From the NCBI RefSeq assembly GCF_964355755.1, contig NC_092672.1, forward strand, positions 8,804,001-8,868,000: 64,000 nt of DNA, in the 5' to 3' direction. The stretch is from Antedon mediterranea (Eukaryota > Animalia > Echinodermata). The notes under the pieces are model-generated. The model was given only the letters and a program-made list of their open reading frames with translations, was not told the origin of the DNA and did not search any database. Shown piece after piece: positions 26,701 to 41,700 of the stretch (position 1 is the first letter of the stretch; each line of letters opens with the position of its first letter). The translations under genes were made by a program, and so were the position numbers.

Positions 26701-29700
26701 CAGATAATATATGATTAATAATTAAACCAGCGTTTATAGTTTATTCAACCTACGCCCTAAACTGCTTTCTCAAACTGTAATACAGTGATATGATGTGACG
26801 AAACTAAAGCTCTATCTACACTATCAAATGTTATGTAAACAAAAATATTATGTGCCCATACAGTATATGGACACGATGACGTCATATTACTACCACATTT
26901 GGTCACATCACCCTTTTTTTTAGTTTGATAGTGTAGAGACAGAGCTTAAGAAATACATTTGAACACTGTTGATGAATATCAATTCGACATGAGAAATGTC
27001 ATGTTTAGTTGGTTGATAAGGTAATGTCGATTTATATCTACAAGTGGATGATGTTAATGTAGTTAATTTGGTCATCATTGACTGTACATTTAACTGTCAT
27101 ACGTGATTAATATATAACTAATAATAAGTCTATACAAACTATTGAGATAGTAAACACTCTTGGCGATGTAATTGTTACCTGTCATGGTTTGTGAGTGTTT
27201 GACAGTTTTGAGAAGAGTATAAGTTTTAGTTCATTACAATACATCTGTAGACATTAAAGTACCACGTCATGTAAGGTATTACTGCAGTGCGTATCTTAAT
27301 TACGCTTTGAACGTTAGTTGCTGGCCTTTCATATCATCCGATTAAGAAAGTGTTACTGTTGATGTAACACAACCACCAACATTCCTATTATTGTTATATC
27401 AACGTAGCCATAACATCGGCAGGGGTTCGAGGCTCACTCACTCCATGGTTCTGGTGGTAGAACGAGTCTTCTCGGATAAGGAATATAAACCGTAGGTCCA
27501 GTGTACACAACTTGCTCGTGTGCACTTTAAAGAACCTAGTACATCTTTCGAGACGAGTAGGGGGTTACCCCGGTGTATTAGTACATCACAGCCACTGATC
27601 ACCAACTGGGCCCTCTGGGAGATCAGTCTTTGACTGAAGAGGTCACCCAGTATAAAGATAAAACAAACAAACAAACAAACAAACTAGTTGGCCTATTACA
27701 CGCGTTTCACAGGTTAATCATCAAGTATATTAATATTAATAATATTAATATAATGGTGGTCTTATTATTATTATTTTTTCATTATAGCGTTTTACTGTAA
27801 TGGGTAGACGTCTAGACCTATAGGTAAAATGTCCCCCAGAAGTCATAAAAGAATTAGTTAGCACGAAGTTATAAATTAAGTAATTACAATTTAATACCAA
27901 AGGCTCATATTGGATGAGGCTTAACGTATGACAAATTATGTTAACTTATAAACAAATTATGTTAAATTTTTACAAATTATGTTACCTTATGACAAATTAT
28001 GATAACGTATGACAAATTATGTTAACTTATGAAAAATCATCAGAAGCAAACCGTTTTCTATAAGATAGTTGTTTTATTTGTTTTCTTGCATACTTAGCAA
28101 AAAATATTATAATTTTATTTTCTCAGCTAAAGAAAAAAAAAATCCGAATACAATCGTTGAATAAATGTTATATCTTGAATCTTCAAATAATTCTATAATT
28201 ACATTCACGTAATGTAATAAATCGCATGTCATTTTTAATTAGAACGTCCACCAGATGCAACATAGCCTTTGGGAATAAGATAGTTTTAGTTAATTTAACT
28301 ACCATGGGTAATTTAAACAGTCAAAAACAAAAGATCGAGAACTGGGATAACGCAACATTGTGACGCATTGTTTTACGTTTTAATGTACTTATGTTCATCG
28401 TATAAACCCAATTTATTGTCAACTTCTATTTTCAGAATGTAACTGAATTTTTCTTCAGGCTAGACATCACCGTTTTAGTGAACTTATATTTTTGAATGCT
28501 CACATTTAATTTATAGAAAAAAGGAAGAAATAAAAGTGCAGCTATAGCCTAACACAACTTTATAAATACGATCGACTTAATTAAAGGGTTTACGGATTTG
28601 AATGATATATGCCGTTCAATTCAAATGGGAACAGCACCGCTAACAAAAGCCTAATATTTGTTATTACGGTACTTTGATAAAGTGTGGTTTAAGAGAAAAT
28701 TGTTGCTAATTGTAAATAACCTCCATTTTGAATTTCAGCAAATCAGGTAACGGTAAGTGATTACTGACCGATAAAAAACTTTTTAATATGTTTCATCAAT
28801 AGAATAGAATGAACTTTTGATATTAGCCTTAGAAAACTGTATACAAACTATTTGATTTATGTGGCAACTGTGCGAAGTTCTTGCCCTGTTGAAATTACTT
28901 CAGTCCCCTATTGGTCGCCTAGTTCCTATCAACACGCGCTCATTGATGGTACTGTCATATAAGAATCAGCTAGGATAAGCGTCCACTGACGATATTACTA
29001 GGCCTATATTAGATTACGGTAAAATTTGATATGAAAAAAAGGACGCTCACCACGTTGATGTAAGTACGAATGCTCAGGCCATTAAGCAACAGGAATACTA
29101 CTATAAATGACTCGGAAGAAGAAAACTGAATTGACCAAACGTCAGACTATACGACCATTATCCAATATAGCTCGATAGCTTGTGGACCGTCAGACTACAA
29201 ATCAAATTGTTTTAGAATAAGATCTTTTAGATTTTTAAAACACAGGATTGTTTGAAGAAAGCTTACAATCTAATGTATTAGATATGGTTTTATTTGGAAG
29301 CCAGGATGGGAGTTACAAATGTCAATTGTGATGGTCAAAAACCATTATAAGAGTGTAAACGCACGCTTAATATACTAGGCCTATATCTAGATTTAATATA
29401 TCTGATATACAGATGGAAGAACAATTGAAACAGTCATGATTTCTAAAGCGCAGATTTTGTAAATATAAATTCGGCGGTAGGTTAGTCCATATCTGACCAA
29501 ACAAAACAAAACAACCAAAAAGTCAAAATTGTAAAAGTTTAGGGTCGTGAAAATTTAGGGCGAGAAAGGTGCTTTCAGAAATTCGATAAACACGGAATGG
29601 CATAATTATGTACCGTTATTTTAAAGAAGAAAAGAGTAGATAATTGCCTAATTACCTAAGGTAATTATTGTTCATCTTGGGTCGTCTGAAATGCTAGTGA

Positions 29701-32700
29701 GTGTAAATTATCCACGCTTTGTCTCTAATGTTTGGTAATTATCAAAACATTAGTTTTAATCGAAAAACTCGTATGTACGTAAATAAAATGTATCATTCAC
29801 ACGAAAAACAACAATGTATTTGATGATATTTCTAAAAATGAAAATATACTAAGTACATTATAATTGCTAGTGCGTGACTATGAACAACTAGATCGAACAC
29901 AATATGGTATGGTACAAGATAGTGAAGCAAACTCGGTAAACTGAACTTTCAATAAAAAATGGGCTGTTATAAATTTTAATATAAAACAGTTTTAATTAAA
30001 TACTGCGCCACCATTGGTGAAGAAGTATGTTTTTTTTTTACTTTTGTACGCAAATGTACTTGTTAACTTCCCCAATGGAAACTTCAAGAGATCGCATGGA
30101 GTGAGGAGTAAATGAAGAGATTGCTGAATGCAATAGCAAGAGTTATTCCACGGTGACCGATGGCTGGAAGATGTAGATCCAACAGCAAACCTCAATTAAA
30201 AATAACTAATACACAATAACTAACCTACTGTTAATGTGTGGTTTTCACGTAAATTATCTATATTTTAATGATTAAAAAGTTATTTGTTGAACTATTACAC
30301 TTTTCCTTTTACTAGAATGATCAAAGTTTTAATGTATATCAATATTACTGTATCGAAACAATAAAAACGTTCATATTATTTGATAGCTTATATCGCGAGA
30401 GACTGTCAATTCCTTTATTGATATTAAAACAGACGAATAACGTGACGCGTTATTAGTTTTACCTCATGAATCAAACCAGAGGGTATATGAGCACTTTCAT
30501 TAAAATCCTCTTCTTAAGGCCAATTTACACAGACGACCGGTAACGATAACAATAGAACATATATATTATTTCTTATGACCATTTACACAGAACGCCGAGC
30601 GGACGGGCGATTGAGCGGAAATCTGCTCAGGATAGAAACAGATTCGATTTTGTGAAAACACCGTGCAGTAATTCTAGCTAGACGTACAGAAACGTAAATA
30701 GGCTAGGTGTTACATGCACAAATTGCTCCGGAACTTTTCAGGGGCTTTAACTATCGTACTCACATGCGATAGTACCTAAGCATATATGTTGGACACACAG
30801 GTGTATATTGATAGTAGAACACACTTCAGGGGTGTTCCTTCCTTGAACAGGTTTTGGCTGCAGTGTTTACAATATACTGTACATTCATGTGTTTTAAGAG
30901 AAGGTGTCCCGTAAATAGTAGGGTCCATTGAATAGGTTTCGGCCGTAGTGTTTACAATATACCGTACATTCATGTGTTTGCAGAGAAAATGACCCGCAAA
31001 TAGGGGAGGGGGGGGGTGTCTGTTGAATAGGCGTTGGTCGTATTGCAGGGGTGTCTCAACGAAGGGTTTATACCGTAGGTACATATTGTATAGTGCTCAA
31101 TGCATTTGAGGGACCATTATTTGATCAGTTCTTATTCGTCCCGAGTACTGCAAGTTTAGCATGGAAAATTACTTTATTATTATATTCCTCTATGATAGGT
31201 ACGATTAGCTACACTCTACACAAACGCGTTAAAATTGACATAGCGTGAACCAGCCCTGAATTTAGTATGACAATAGTTGGCTAAATAAAAAAAAGCTCAT
31301 AAAACAAATGACTTTCATTGCAACAAGGATTTAATAATAATTACCCCGAGGAGATATACTTTTATTGATATGTATATCGCAAATGCTTTTGGCGTTAAAC
31401 GATGTGCTCATAAACGTACGATGGATCATTTATTGCTAAAATATAACGTTTAATTTCTACAAATATTTTTATAGAATTTGATTCAAACGCATAAAAGACA
31501 AACGGTTGAAAAGTGATTGTAAATTTCTTTTTTTTTGTTTTGTTTTGTGTCTGTTGTTGTGTTGTAAAGGTATCAACATGTGCTGATACTAAATATTAAA
31601 AGTTTTTCAATTTAAACAGTAACTTAATAAACTAATATATTTTAATTTGGAATTGCTACCGTAGACACGCACGTATGGGCGTCAAAAGATAATTTACTTA
31701 TAATATATATTCATGTTTTTTTTCTACTTATTCATAATTGAATTGATTAATAATCAAATTACATTATAAATATAAAATTGAAAGATCGATATTGTTACTG
31801 CTTCATCAACTTGTCAACATAAAGATGATTACAAAATAATGTATTACTCGTATTTTTTATAAACATATTCAAAGTTCAAAGTTTATTAACTTCAACAAAG
31901 TTATCGGATGCTGATTTGTACAGCGACGAGCAATACGTCAATACGTAAGTTCCGATGATTGGTAATTAACTTAATAAATTTTAATGTCACATAATAGTTA
32001 TTGACTTTTACTATAAACTGCACTAACAAAATCATTTACCTCATAAAATCGTAAACCGAAAAAATAGAGTAGAATTTTATTCCAGAAGATAATGAGATTT
32101 TTGTTAGATTTAAAGATGTATTGTCCCCCAAAATCATGAAAAATAAAGATTTTTAAAATCGGACTTTGAATAGGCCATTTTGCAGTTTTAATGAAGTTGT
32201 TCACTTCCATAAGAAAAAAAACGGGGGAAAAATTATTTCACCTATAAAAAGAGAAAATAAACAGTTAAATTACCCAAAAACTCATTGTCTTCCAGACAAT
32301 TTGACCATTTTTTGCTTTAAATTACATTTTTCTCAGGTAAATAAATTTTTTTCAGACCCAATTTTTGGTGAGAGTGAATAACTATTATGTGACATTAAAA
32401 TAACATATTCAACAAAAAAATTTAAAAAAATATTTTTTTAGGGGGACTATATATCTTTAACTATTTGTCTTTTTTTTTATATCTTTTGTTATATATATAT
32501 TTTTTGTGTAAACCTTTTTATATTTTGTTTTTGTTCTGTGTTTTATTTGTTTTTTATGAGCCAATAAAGGAATTGAATTATAACCGAAATAATTCTGTTT
32601 TCATGTTTTGGGAGACAATAGATTTTTAACTAATCAAAATTATCATAATTTAACAATTTTTTATCATCGTCATCATCAACAACCGTCTGTAGTTGTATAA

Positions 32701-35700
32701 TCATCATCTTGTGTTCTGACGTGATTATTTTATCGTCTATACGTAAACATTTATAAATACGTCTCTACTGAAACATATACATACACAACCAACAAATAAC
32801 GGCATGGTCTAATGCTAACTGATCACATGACTAAAAATAACAACGCGTAAAAATATAAAAGATCATTCGCAGATTCACACTTAATCCAAACAGAGTTCAG
32901 TACAAACTGTGTGCTTATGAATAAATTGGCGTTCATAAAACAGATTTAGATAATACATATTCTACAAGTTTATTCCAGTTTCTACAATATGAATACAAGC
33001 TAGTCGTTCCATTTGTTTTAATGATTTTGAGGGATTTTCAAGATTACTTGTGTTGGTCAATGTAATGCAGACGACTGGATTTCAATTATGAGTTGATGAG
33101 ACGATTAAGTCTATCCCCTTAGCAGTAGAGTTTATTTAATCAATTAAGGCTGTCAAAATATCTGGGTTTTTACAGATGATGTTTGTAGATTTTTGTTATT
33201 AATGTTTTATGTTTTATATATAGGCCTATTTAAATCTGTCACTGGTAATTAATGAAAGTGTATCGATCTATTGATGGCGCTGTTGCAGCGCGTTGGAGGT
33301 AAAAAGGGTAAAATCTTATATGAAATTGAAAATAAAATGGTAATTGAAGGCGTGTCCCTATAAAAAGCGACATTTTGTTTTCACGTAGCGCACTAACCTT
33401 TTTGGGCTATCCTGGAAAATCTTTTATAAATGTATTATTTGTAGGACTAATGTTAGTAATTTATGTTATCACTTTGTATGTATTGTTTATGATGAATCAA
33501 ATCACTAGACTACCTGCAGCTGTCGAATATAAGAGTCATTCTCTATTTTTATAAAAACTATATCTTCAGGGCATCATGCAACTACACTAAGTAATAATGA
33601 AGGTACGGTAACAGCAATAGAATGAATGTAATAATAATTCATATGCAGACACAAGATTTAGATGACATTATCTTGAAAGATATAAACATTAAATTCGTAT
33701 CAATACAAGACAAAACTGATTAATAATTGATAAACTCATAAGTATAACAAAGCTTAAAGAATATTGATGTTCAATAATAATGATGTCTTAATTGTCACTG
33801 TCCTATCTATTAATATTGATCACTCTCAATTCCAACTGATTACCCTACTTCACAACTTGAGGTGTCATTTGACGCGAAAAATAACGATTTTTCTATTAAC
33901 TGATATTCGTTTGTGGAATTCCCTAGGGCAATTAGTAAAGTAAGGGACGGAAACGATTGCACATGCAAAAAGATAGCATAATCAATGTTGGAAATGGAGA
34001 CCTTTATAACCATCGTCTCTAATAACTATCTCCTATAACACTGTACATCTTATGAATTCTTTATTCTATCGTCATCAAATAACGCTCAATACACTTTCGA
34101 TTCTCACCTCGGAAAGGCAGTACAAAACTAAGCTTTGATCAATACTCTTTTTCGTTTTAATGCGCATTAAAAGCCAGAATTTACTCCCAAAGGACAATAT
34201 CATCCTTCCCCAGAGGAAATTCTAAGTCCAATATAAATAGAATAAGAATAGACGTGACCAATAACTAAGTGGTAATAAGTGACCAAAACAAACGCATATT
34301 GACCGAAAAACAGGTGTCATCGTAAGTATGGGAAGAACCCATTAATACTAAGGATCATCTTTCAATTATCATACAGGTTTATTAATACAGTGTAGTGATA
34401 CCTTTTAGAAAGCATTCGATATTTCTAAAATTGAATATTATTAATAGTTTGAATCTCAGAAAGGTGCCATAGACAATGTATAGATAAATTCACACAATTC
34501 CCATCCGATAAAACTATACGGTAACATGTCTGGCGACAATAACCAACGTACAGTATCTGACAGCGTGGTCATCCCATGTGATACTGAAGCGTATCCTCCT
34601 GAGACGCAATACTGTATATCCTCGTGTTCTGCAAGCATGATGATCGACTGATTGACAATACAAATTAATACATTATGTAGATCAAAATAATAGTTTCTGC
34701 TAATATTGAGATTTGAGGTTTTAGACAAAAATGAAAAAAACTTCATAGCTGAAATATATCTCAAAGAGAAACAGTTGTACTAGTAGCAATAGTACATGGG
34801 TGTCGATGAATACTAAAAGAAAATGTAGGTAAAAAAGTAAGTAAGTAAGCGTAAGGCATTGACCACGTGTTGAGTAGAATGGAAGAACTTGACGAGATCA
34901 GAAGAAGCTTAGCCAAATACATACCATTATTGACAAAATGCCCACAATCTTCACCATAATACATAACATCACATCATGTTTATTGTAAATAAGGTGGAAT
35001 ATATCAGAAGTGAATTTATAGTAGCTATTAATTAGTGTGCAAATTGAATAGAGAAATGTTAACGTTGAATTAATAACGAGCAAGAAGATATCAATTTTGA
35101 ATTCAAATTATCTTACAATAGACGGTATTTAGAGAGGTAGATATAATAATGTGGATTACGATGTTAAAATTCACAAATAAAAAGATTCAGGCATTTGTCT
35201 CCAGATGGACTGATCATATAAACCAGAACCTTTTCAAAAGAATTACATTTAGGTCTACACTGTATACATTTAAAATGTAATTTTCATCAAAGGAAGCATA
35301 TTGGAATCTTGTTAGACTTCTTTTGTGTTATGCATGAAAAATGCATATCTATCTATTTATCGTCGAACGTTATCGTCCTAGTGTAAATGGGCCTTAACAT
35401 TCCTAACAGGTATATGCTATTTCCCATATTTGTTTTTACAATAATTGACCTAGATGAACACTTTATTTAAGTTAAATTTTGAGTTTATTTATAGATGAAA
35501 CATACTATTCTAATTGCTGAATTCACATTTCTACAAAATGAACCTAGTAAGAAATGAACATCTATATTATTATGAATGGTTTAATAATGGGAATAATTAT
35601 TGTTCTATGTTTTCATAAATATGCGTGGGTAGACTAAACAATCATATACTTGATGAGTTTGACATTCTGAAATGTAGACAATTACGAATTTTGTTTATTT

Positions 35701-38700
35701 AAGAATATAGACACCAAATTCACACTCTGTGTTTACATTCAGTCTTAAATCAATGAGTCATAGTTTGTGCATAATTTAGTGTTAGTTTAAAAGGTTAGAG
35801 AATTAAGAGTAATTTTCTCGCATTTAGTCGTTTAGTATTATAACATAGATGGAGGAGGTACGTGTGTTCTATACCTTTTACCGTTTGGAAAAAGACAGTT
35901 TGCCTAGTTTACGCGTTTCTGAAGCGGTCACTAGATTACTATCTAACTGACTATTGCAATTCAGTTATACAAGTCTAATTGACTATTGCAAGTCAGTTAG
36001 ACAAGTCTAAATAGACTAGATAGCATCTAGTGACAGCTAGAGAATTAGGTGCCTAGCTAAACGGTACTGCTAAAGCTTCTCTGGGTTGGCCTGTGAAGAG
36101 CCACGGATTCAATACTTAGAACAAAAACAAAAGGAAGCAAATTATAACGTAACGAACATCTGCGCATGCTTAATCAATCAAATAGCTTTTCTATTTTACG
36201 AAAATTATGAACATTTTGGATATATAGTGTTAGCTTTTGCGTCTAATTACAAGAAAACAATAAATGCACTAAAACAAGCACAGCAGTGTTGTGATCATAT
36301 CTTTCTTTATATTTCTCCTTACATCATTATCTATCAATCTATCTAACCTAATGTCACCTTCTGCACTCAATTTTATCTTTCTATTGTTGCATCAACAAAA
36401 CGCACTTTACCGTGTTTCAATGCTATGTTTCATTATATCAATCAATCAAGGATCAAAGGAATTGCAATGTTTTTTAGAAAGATTCAAAGCGGCGGCTTCA
36501 ATTCCACGCGTTATTACAATGACTCTATGACCAAATAAATGGTACGGCATGTTTTCTTTTCAATTTCCATCTGATATATGTGCTTTATATCTGCCGCTGT
36601 CTTCCTTCTAAAACTTATTAAAGATGACAAACGGAAGCGATATTTGAACAGATAGTTTATGTTTAACAAAAATGATTTCTTGTCGCTCCAAGACATAAAA
36701 GTCCTAGTTGCCTGAAACATTTTTATACACAATTGTTTACAATTGGAAACACAAAATCAATTTAACGAAAAATTATTGATAGATTAAAACAAGGGATAGG
36801 CCTACAAAGATGTTTATATTTTTTACAGTGGAACATTGGTTTACCGTAGATCTAGATCTCTGTAGTCAGTGGTGGTACCGTAATTTTTACAAAAGATTTG
36901 GAAGGCCTATTATAAAATCCTGAAGTCGGTAAGCTCTAAAATGCAACATTCATGACTATAAACTATACTTGTTAGCGGCACTGTAACTTACCAAATACTA
37001 CACATTGTTATATAGATACCCAATTAGAACCATTAGGACTAAATATTATGGATGAAAAAAGCATCCAACAATTCTTCTACAAACTATTAATACTTGTTAT
37101 ATATACACATTTCATTCATGCAACGTAAGGTAAGAACTAGATAAACAAGATCATAATAATAATAATGACATAGAAAGAACATAGATAAACTGAAGATAAC
37201 ACAGAATTAAACAAAAACAAATTATTTTTTAACTTACTGCAGTGAACTCAACTGTTGATGGGTCACCGGTCACCGATCCATCCGGGTTCCTATAACCTGC
37301 GTAGCTAATGAGCTGGGGGTTCCAAACTCTGAAATCATGTTTACCATCGGTTCGATTTGGAAACACTGTAATTGCTGACCTATTAACGAATGGATATCAG
37401 TTTAGTAATAACTCCATATATAATGCTAAATTATTATATTATGTTAAATATGAATAAGAATTTGTCTATAACAATCGAGCACAGGTCTTTAGCAATATCT
37501 GACCATTTCTGGGGTCTATAGAAACAGGTTTTACAAAATTATGTGACCTATTTACCTACCACAAAGTATATTGTTTTATTTGTATTTTTAACTAATTTTT
37601 GTAACATTTTGCCCTTTATTTTATTTACCTGATCTGCACATGTGTTGTGCTTAGATTATACATGGAGCTACCCTCCATGTGTTATAGTGTGTAGTATAGC
37701 TTTTATTATATAACACCTATATAAATTCCTGTCATTTGATTGGACGAATGTGGGTCACATGGCGTGCAATAGTACGCACTATTCAACGATCGTTAAATAG
37801 TACTTTTTGAAACATTTTTGTGTACGAAAAAAAAACGTCTAGATGTTATATAAAACAAATAATAAATGTTTTGTATTCGTGTAATGGTACAAATAATGGG
37901 ACTTGGTGAATGATGAAAGGTTATATCAACTCGGCTTTGCCTCGTTGATATAACCTTTCATCATTCACCTCGTGCCATTATTTGTACCATTGCACTCATA
38001 AACATTCATTATTTGTATAATATGTATATAGTTTATAGTTTGTAGTATAGCTTTTAATATGTATATAGTTTATAGTGTGTAGTATAGCTTTTAATATGTA
38101 TATAGTCTATAGTTTGTAGTATAGCTTTTAATATGTATATAATCTATAGTTTGTAGTATAGCTTTTAATATGTATATAGTTTATAGTTTGTAGTATAGCT
38201 TTTAATATGTATATAGTCTATAGTTTGTAGTATAGCTTTTAATATGTATATATTTTTTTATGTTGCTTTTGTTTTGTTTCCTTTCATTATTTTGCGCAAT
38301 TGTTCTAATGTTTTATTTTTGTTGCACCACTAACGACAGTGTGTGCCACTGATAACAAAGTGGTGACCAATAAATAAATAAAAATAAATAAATAGTACCA
38401 ATACTGCAGCGGTCCACTTCGAAAAATGGCATGATACCTTATTTTGTCATTGCTTAGGTCTTTGAAAGAAAGAACACTCGTGAGTAGGTCAAAACAGACA
38501 AAAGGTTAGGTAACTTCTTTTCTAGGCGTGAATTCAGAAAAATTCAAAAGAGAAAATATTTAAAAAGACTTTTAGCTTACGTTATGACTTTTATACCATA
38601 GTATCACAAGTTTGTTGTTATTGATATGAATTTATAAATGCATAGGGCCTGTATCTAAGATAAATAAAGGCAGTTACAATTATTATATTTTTCTGTCGAG

Positions 38701-41700
38701 GAAAACAATTTTTCAATGTACATTTTCTATATATGGAACGAATACAGATTTGATTTGATTTTGATTTGATTACCATTCGATCATAAATTATCTCATCATC
38801 ACGTGATACAAAATTAACTTGTTTTTAATAAAGAGATAAAGAGATACGTTTGACCTATATTTGTTGTCAATATCATTAGAACTAACGGCGGCATCGTAGC
38901 AGAGAAGTGAAAAAGTACATTGAGCGTGTATTATAAAAATAATGTTCATTTAATAACAACGAAAATAACGTTTGATTGATATTTAATTATTTTAGCTGAA
39001 CAGTTTCGCTTTAGATTGTTTCATTATTTCACAATGATTAATGAAATGCTTTTACCATACAGAATGGTGTAATACTATATCAGCTGATTCATAGTACATA
39101 ACCGGTTGGTATTACCTTATTGAATCAGAATTCGGTTAGGAAACAGACATTCTATAAAGGATAGAATCAAAGACTGGATGCCAATTATAACGCTTTTGAA
39201 ACGTTGTTAACGGTTAATCGCACATACAGGGTCCACCCCAGTTTGGTGAACAACTGTGCTATGCTAAATCTATATTGATTAAGTGTCCTGTTTCTTTATA
39301 TGTTATATAGGCCGATTCAACGACTTCTGGAAACATAAGCAAATAAATGATAAAATGCATCAGGTTTAGCCTTAGGGAGTCAGGTCGATGTTATATATTT
39401 AGACGAACATCCTACCTTTGATCAGATGATTATCCTTGTATCTCAATTTTGCTAAAGTGTTCAACGTCTCCTAGTATAGAAGTAATAGTGTACTTAAAGT
39501 TTTATTAGGCGAATCTCAGTTAAAGTGCGTTCGTCTATTTTTTTGGGCCAAAACGTTATTGCCTACAAAACTCTACATTTATAGGTTTCAGACAATTACA
39601 TTGGTTACATTATATTGCTAATAATACTGGTTTTAGGCTAATTGTCATTATACTAATTAGCCTTGCTATTATGGGTAAATGATGATTGGACTGGAAATAC
39701 ATCAACTTTCAGTTAAATATAACATAACATAATTGAAAGAAACATGAAAGTTAAACAATAGGCCTAGAAGAAAAAAAAAAATAATATTGGATGTCAGCTT
39801 TCGTACGCACGACAGGCAATATTAAACGATTATTTTAAGTTTTATTCAATTTTACAAGTTTTTTTAATAATGCTTCAAAACAAACACATTTGGTATAGAA
39901 ACAAGGCCAACAGCCATAAGTCGCGTGCTAAAACGCATAGTGATACCGGACCGACAGACAGACAGACCGACAGACCGACAGACCGACCGCCCGACCGACA
40001 TAGTGAACTATAGAGTCGAATTGAATTGTTGAATAGGGCTAATTTACTGTCACATATTAAGTATTCACATTCATACCAAAAACTATTAGATCAAACATTA
40101 CTTGATAAGACTGTATTAAAGAAAAATAACGGCTCTTTCTGGTTAAATTTAGCAACTTATATTTATTCACAAAGTTAGAATAACGTTATTACAGATACAA
40201 AATATTCAAAGTTTGATTTTTCTTTTCTTTATTTTCATGTTTCTTTTTTAGAGGAGAGGGAATGAGAGGGAATACATCTTTAGGAATTGGAAGTGTATTT
40301 TTTTTTCAAGCTATGTTTTGTGAATATTTAAACCTACGAATCTAGAATTGATACGTAAGCCTGTTATCAACTAAGTTGCAATATAACTTCAATTTAACCT
40401 TAATTGCCATCCCATATACTATGTTCTGATTTCTAATTATTCTAACATCTAACAATGCAAAACTGCAAGGTATGTCGCTTAAAGCAACTTCGGCAATTTA
40501 ACAATTGACAGGTAAAAAAGTACATATCTATTCAAAAACCTTCTTATCTTCTATCGTGTTTTAATTTCAGTTCCAATTGACATGTGTAACTAAAGAGAAG
40601 ATTTACAGCTATGGCAGCGTGTTTCTAATGAACTGAAACTATGTCGCTTTCGTTTTTCTTCATTAAACGTATACTGATAATTGGATAAGTGGAAAATGGG
40701 ATAATTAGGTACATACTGTAGGAAACATATATATAGAGTACCGTACATATGATTTTCTTTTCCACAGCATGGTTATTCATAAAATTGTCTTGTCATTATT
40801 GTTTCACACTGATAACCCGTTCGATACCATCAACTTCTGCATATCATTTTCCGCTCTTTCAGTTCCAAAATATGGCCTACTGGAAGTTGAGAGTGTATTT
40901 CTTTGCCTATCAACAACGGTATGCCTAATTTTGTGTCCATTTAAATATTTGTTTAATTGGGGGTATACTGTACATCATTTTGTCCATTGTTTTCTTAATA
41001 ACTTCTTTTAAATCTACCTTATAAGTAAGTGGAGTAAATTTGGAAATAATTACCAAGAAAATGTAACTAATTGATTAAGTTAGTTTATTGATTATTGAGT
41101 GAGTGAGTGGCCGAGCGGTTAAGACAGTGGAACCGTAATTACGTAGCCATAACATCGGCAGGGGTTCGAGGCTCACTCGCTCCATGGTTCTGGTGGTAGA
41201 ACGAGTCTTCTCGGATAAGGACTATAAACCGTAGGTCCAGTGTACACATCTAGCTCGTGTGCACTTTAAAGAACCTAGTACATCTTTCGAGACGAGTAGA
41301 GGGTTACCCCGGTGTATTAGTACATCACAGCCACTGATCACCAACTGGGCCCTCTGGGAGACCAGTCTTTGACTGAAGAGGTTACCCAGTATAAATATAA
41401 ATTTCAATTCAATTCAATTCAATTAATACGCTAGATGTAATCTTTATTACAACATACAAACTGTATTTAGAACATAAGGAAATTAGCGCCTCCAATGGTT
41501 TATTTTCTATAGTTTTTTTATTCTACAGTATTGATTATTGTTTATCCATCTTTCAAATTGACACGTTTTGATTTATTGAAAAGAAAACCATTATAGTAAC
41601 CGTTTGGTTTGATTAATACGATGTAAACTTTTCCATTGTGTATTCAACATTATTGGTTATATGATACAAGGCGTATTATCATCATCATTCATTTATCGAT

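Noticed and set aside
34456-35083. Hydrophobic minus-strand ORFs resembling a GPCR pseudogene
   Set aside because: No DRY or NPxxY-type motifs, and AT-rich DNA routinely yields such frames.
3525-38252. Short regular repeats as CRISPR arrays (3525, 27921, 38021)
   Set aside because: They are head-to-tail units without unique spacers in a eukaryotic intron, so they are minisatellites.
27438-41407. Near-identical ORFs at 27438-27674 and 41222-41407
   Set aside because: They are antisense readings of SINE copies, not a gene family.
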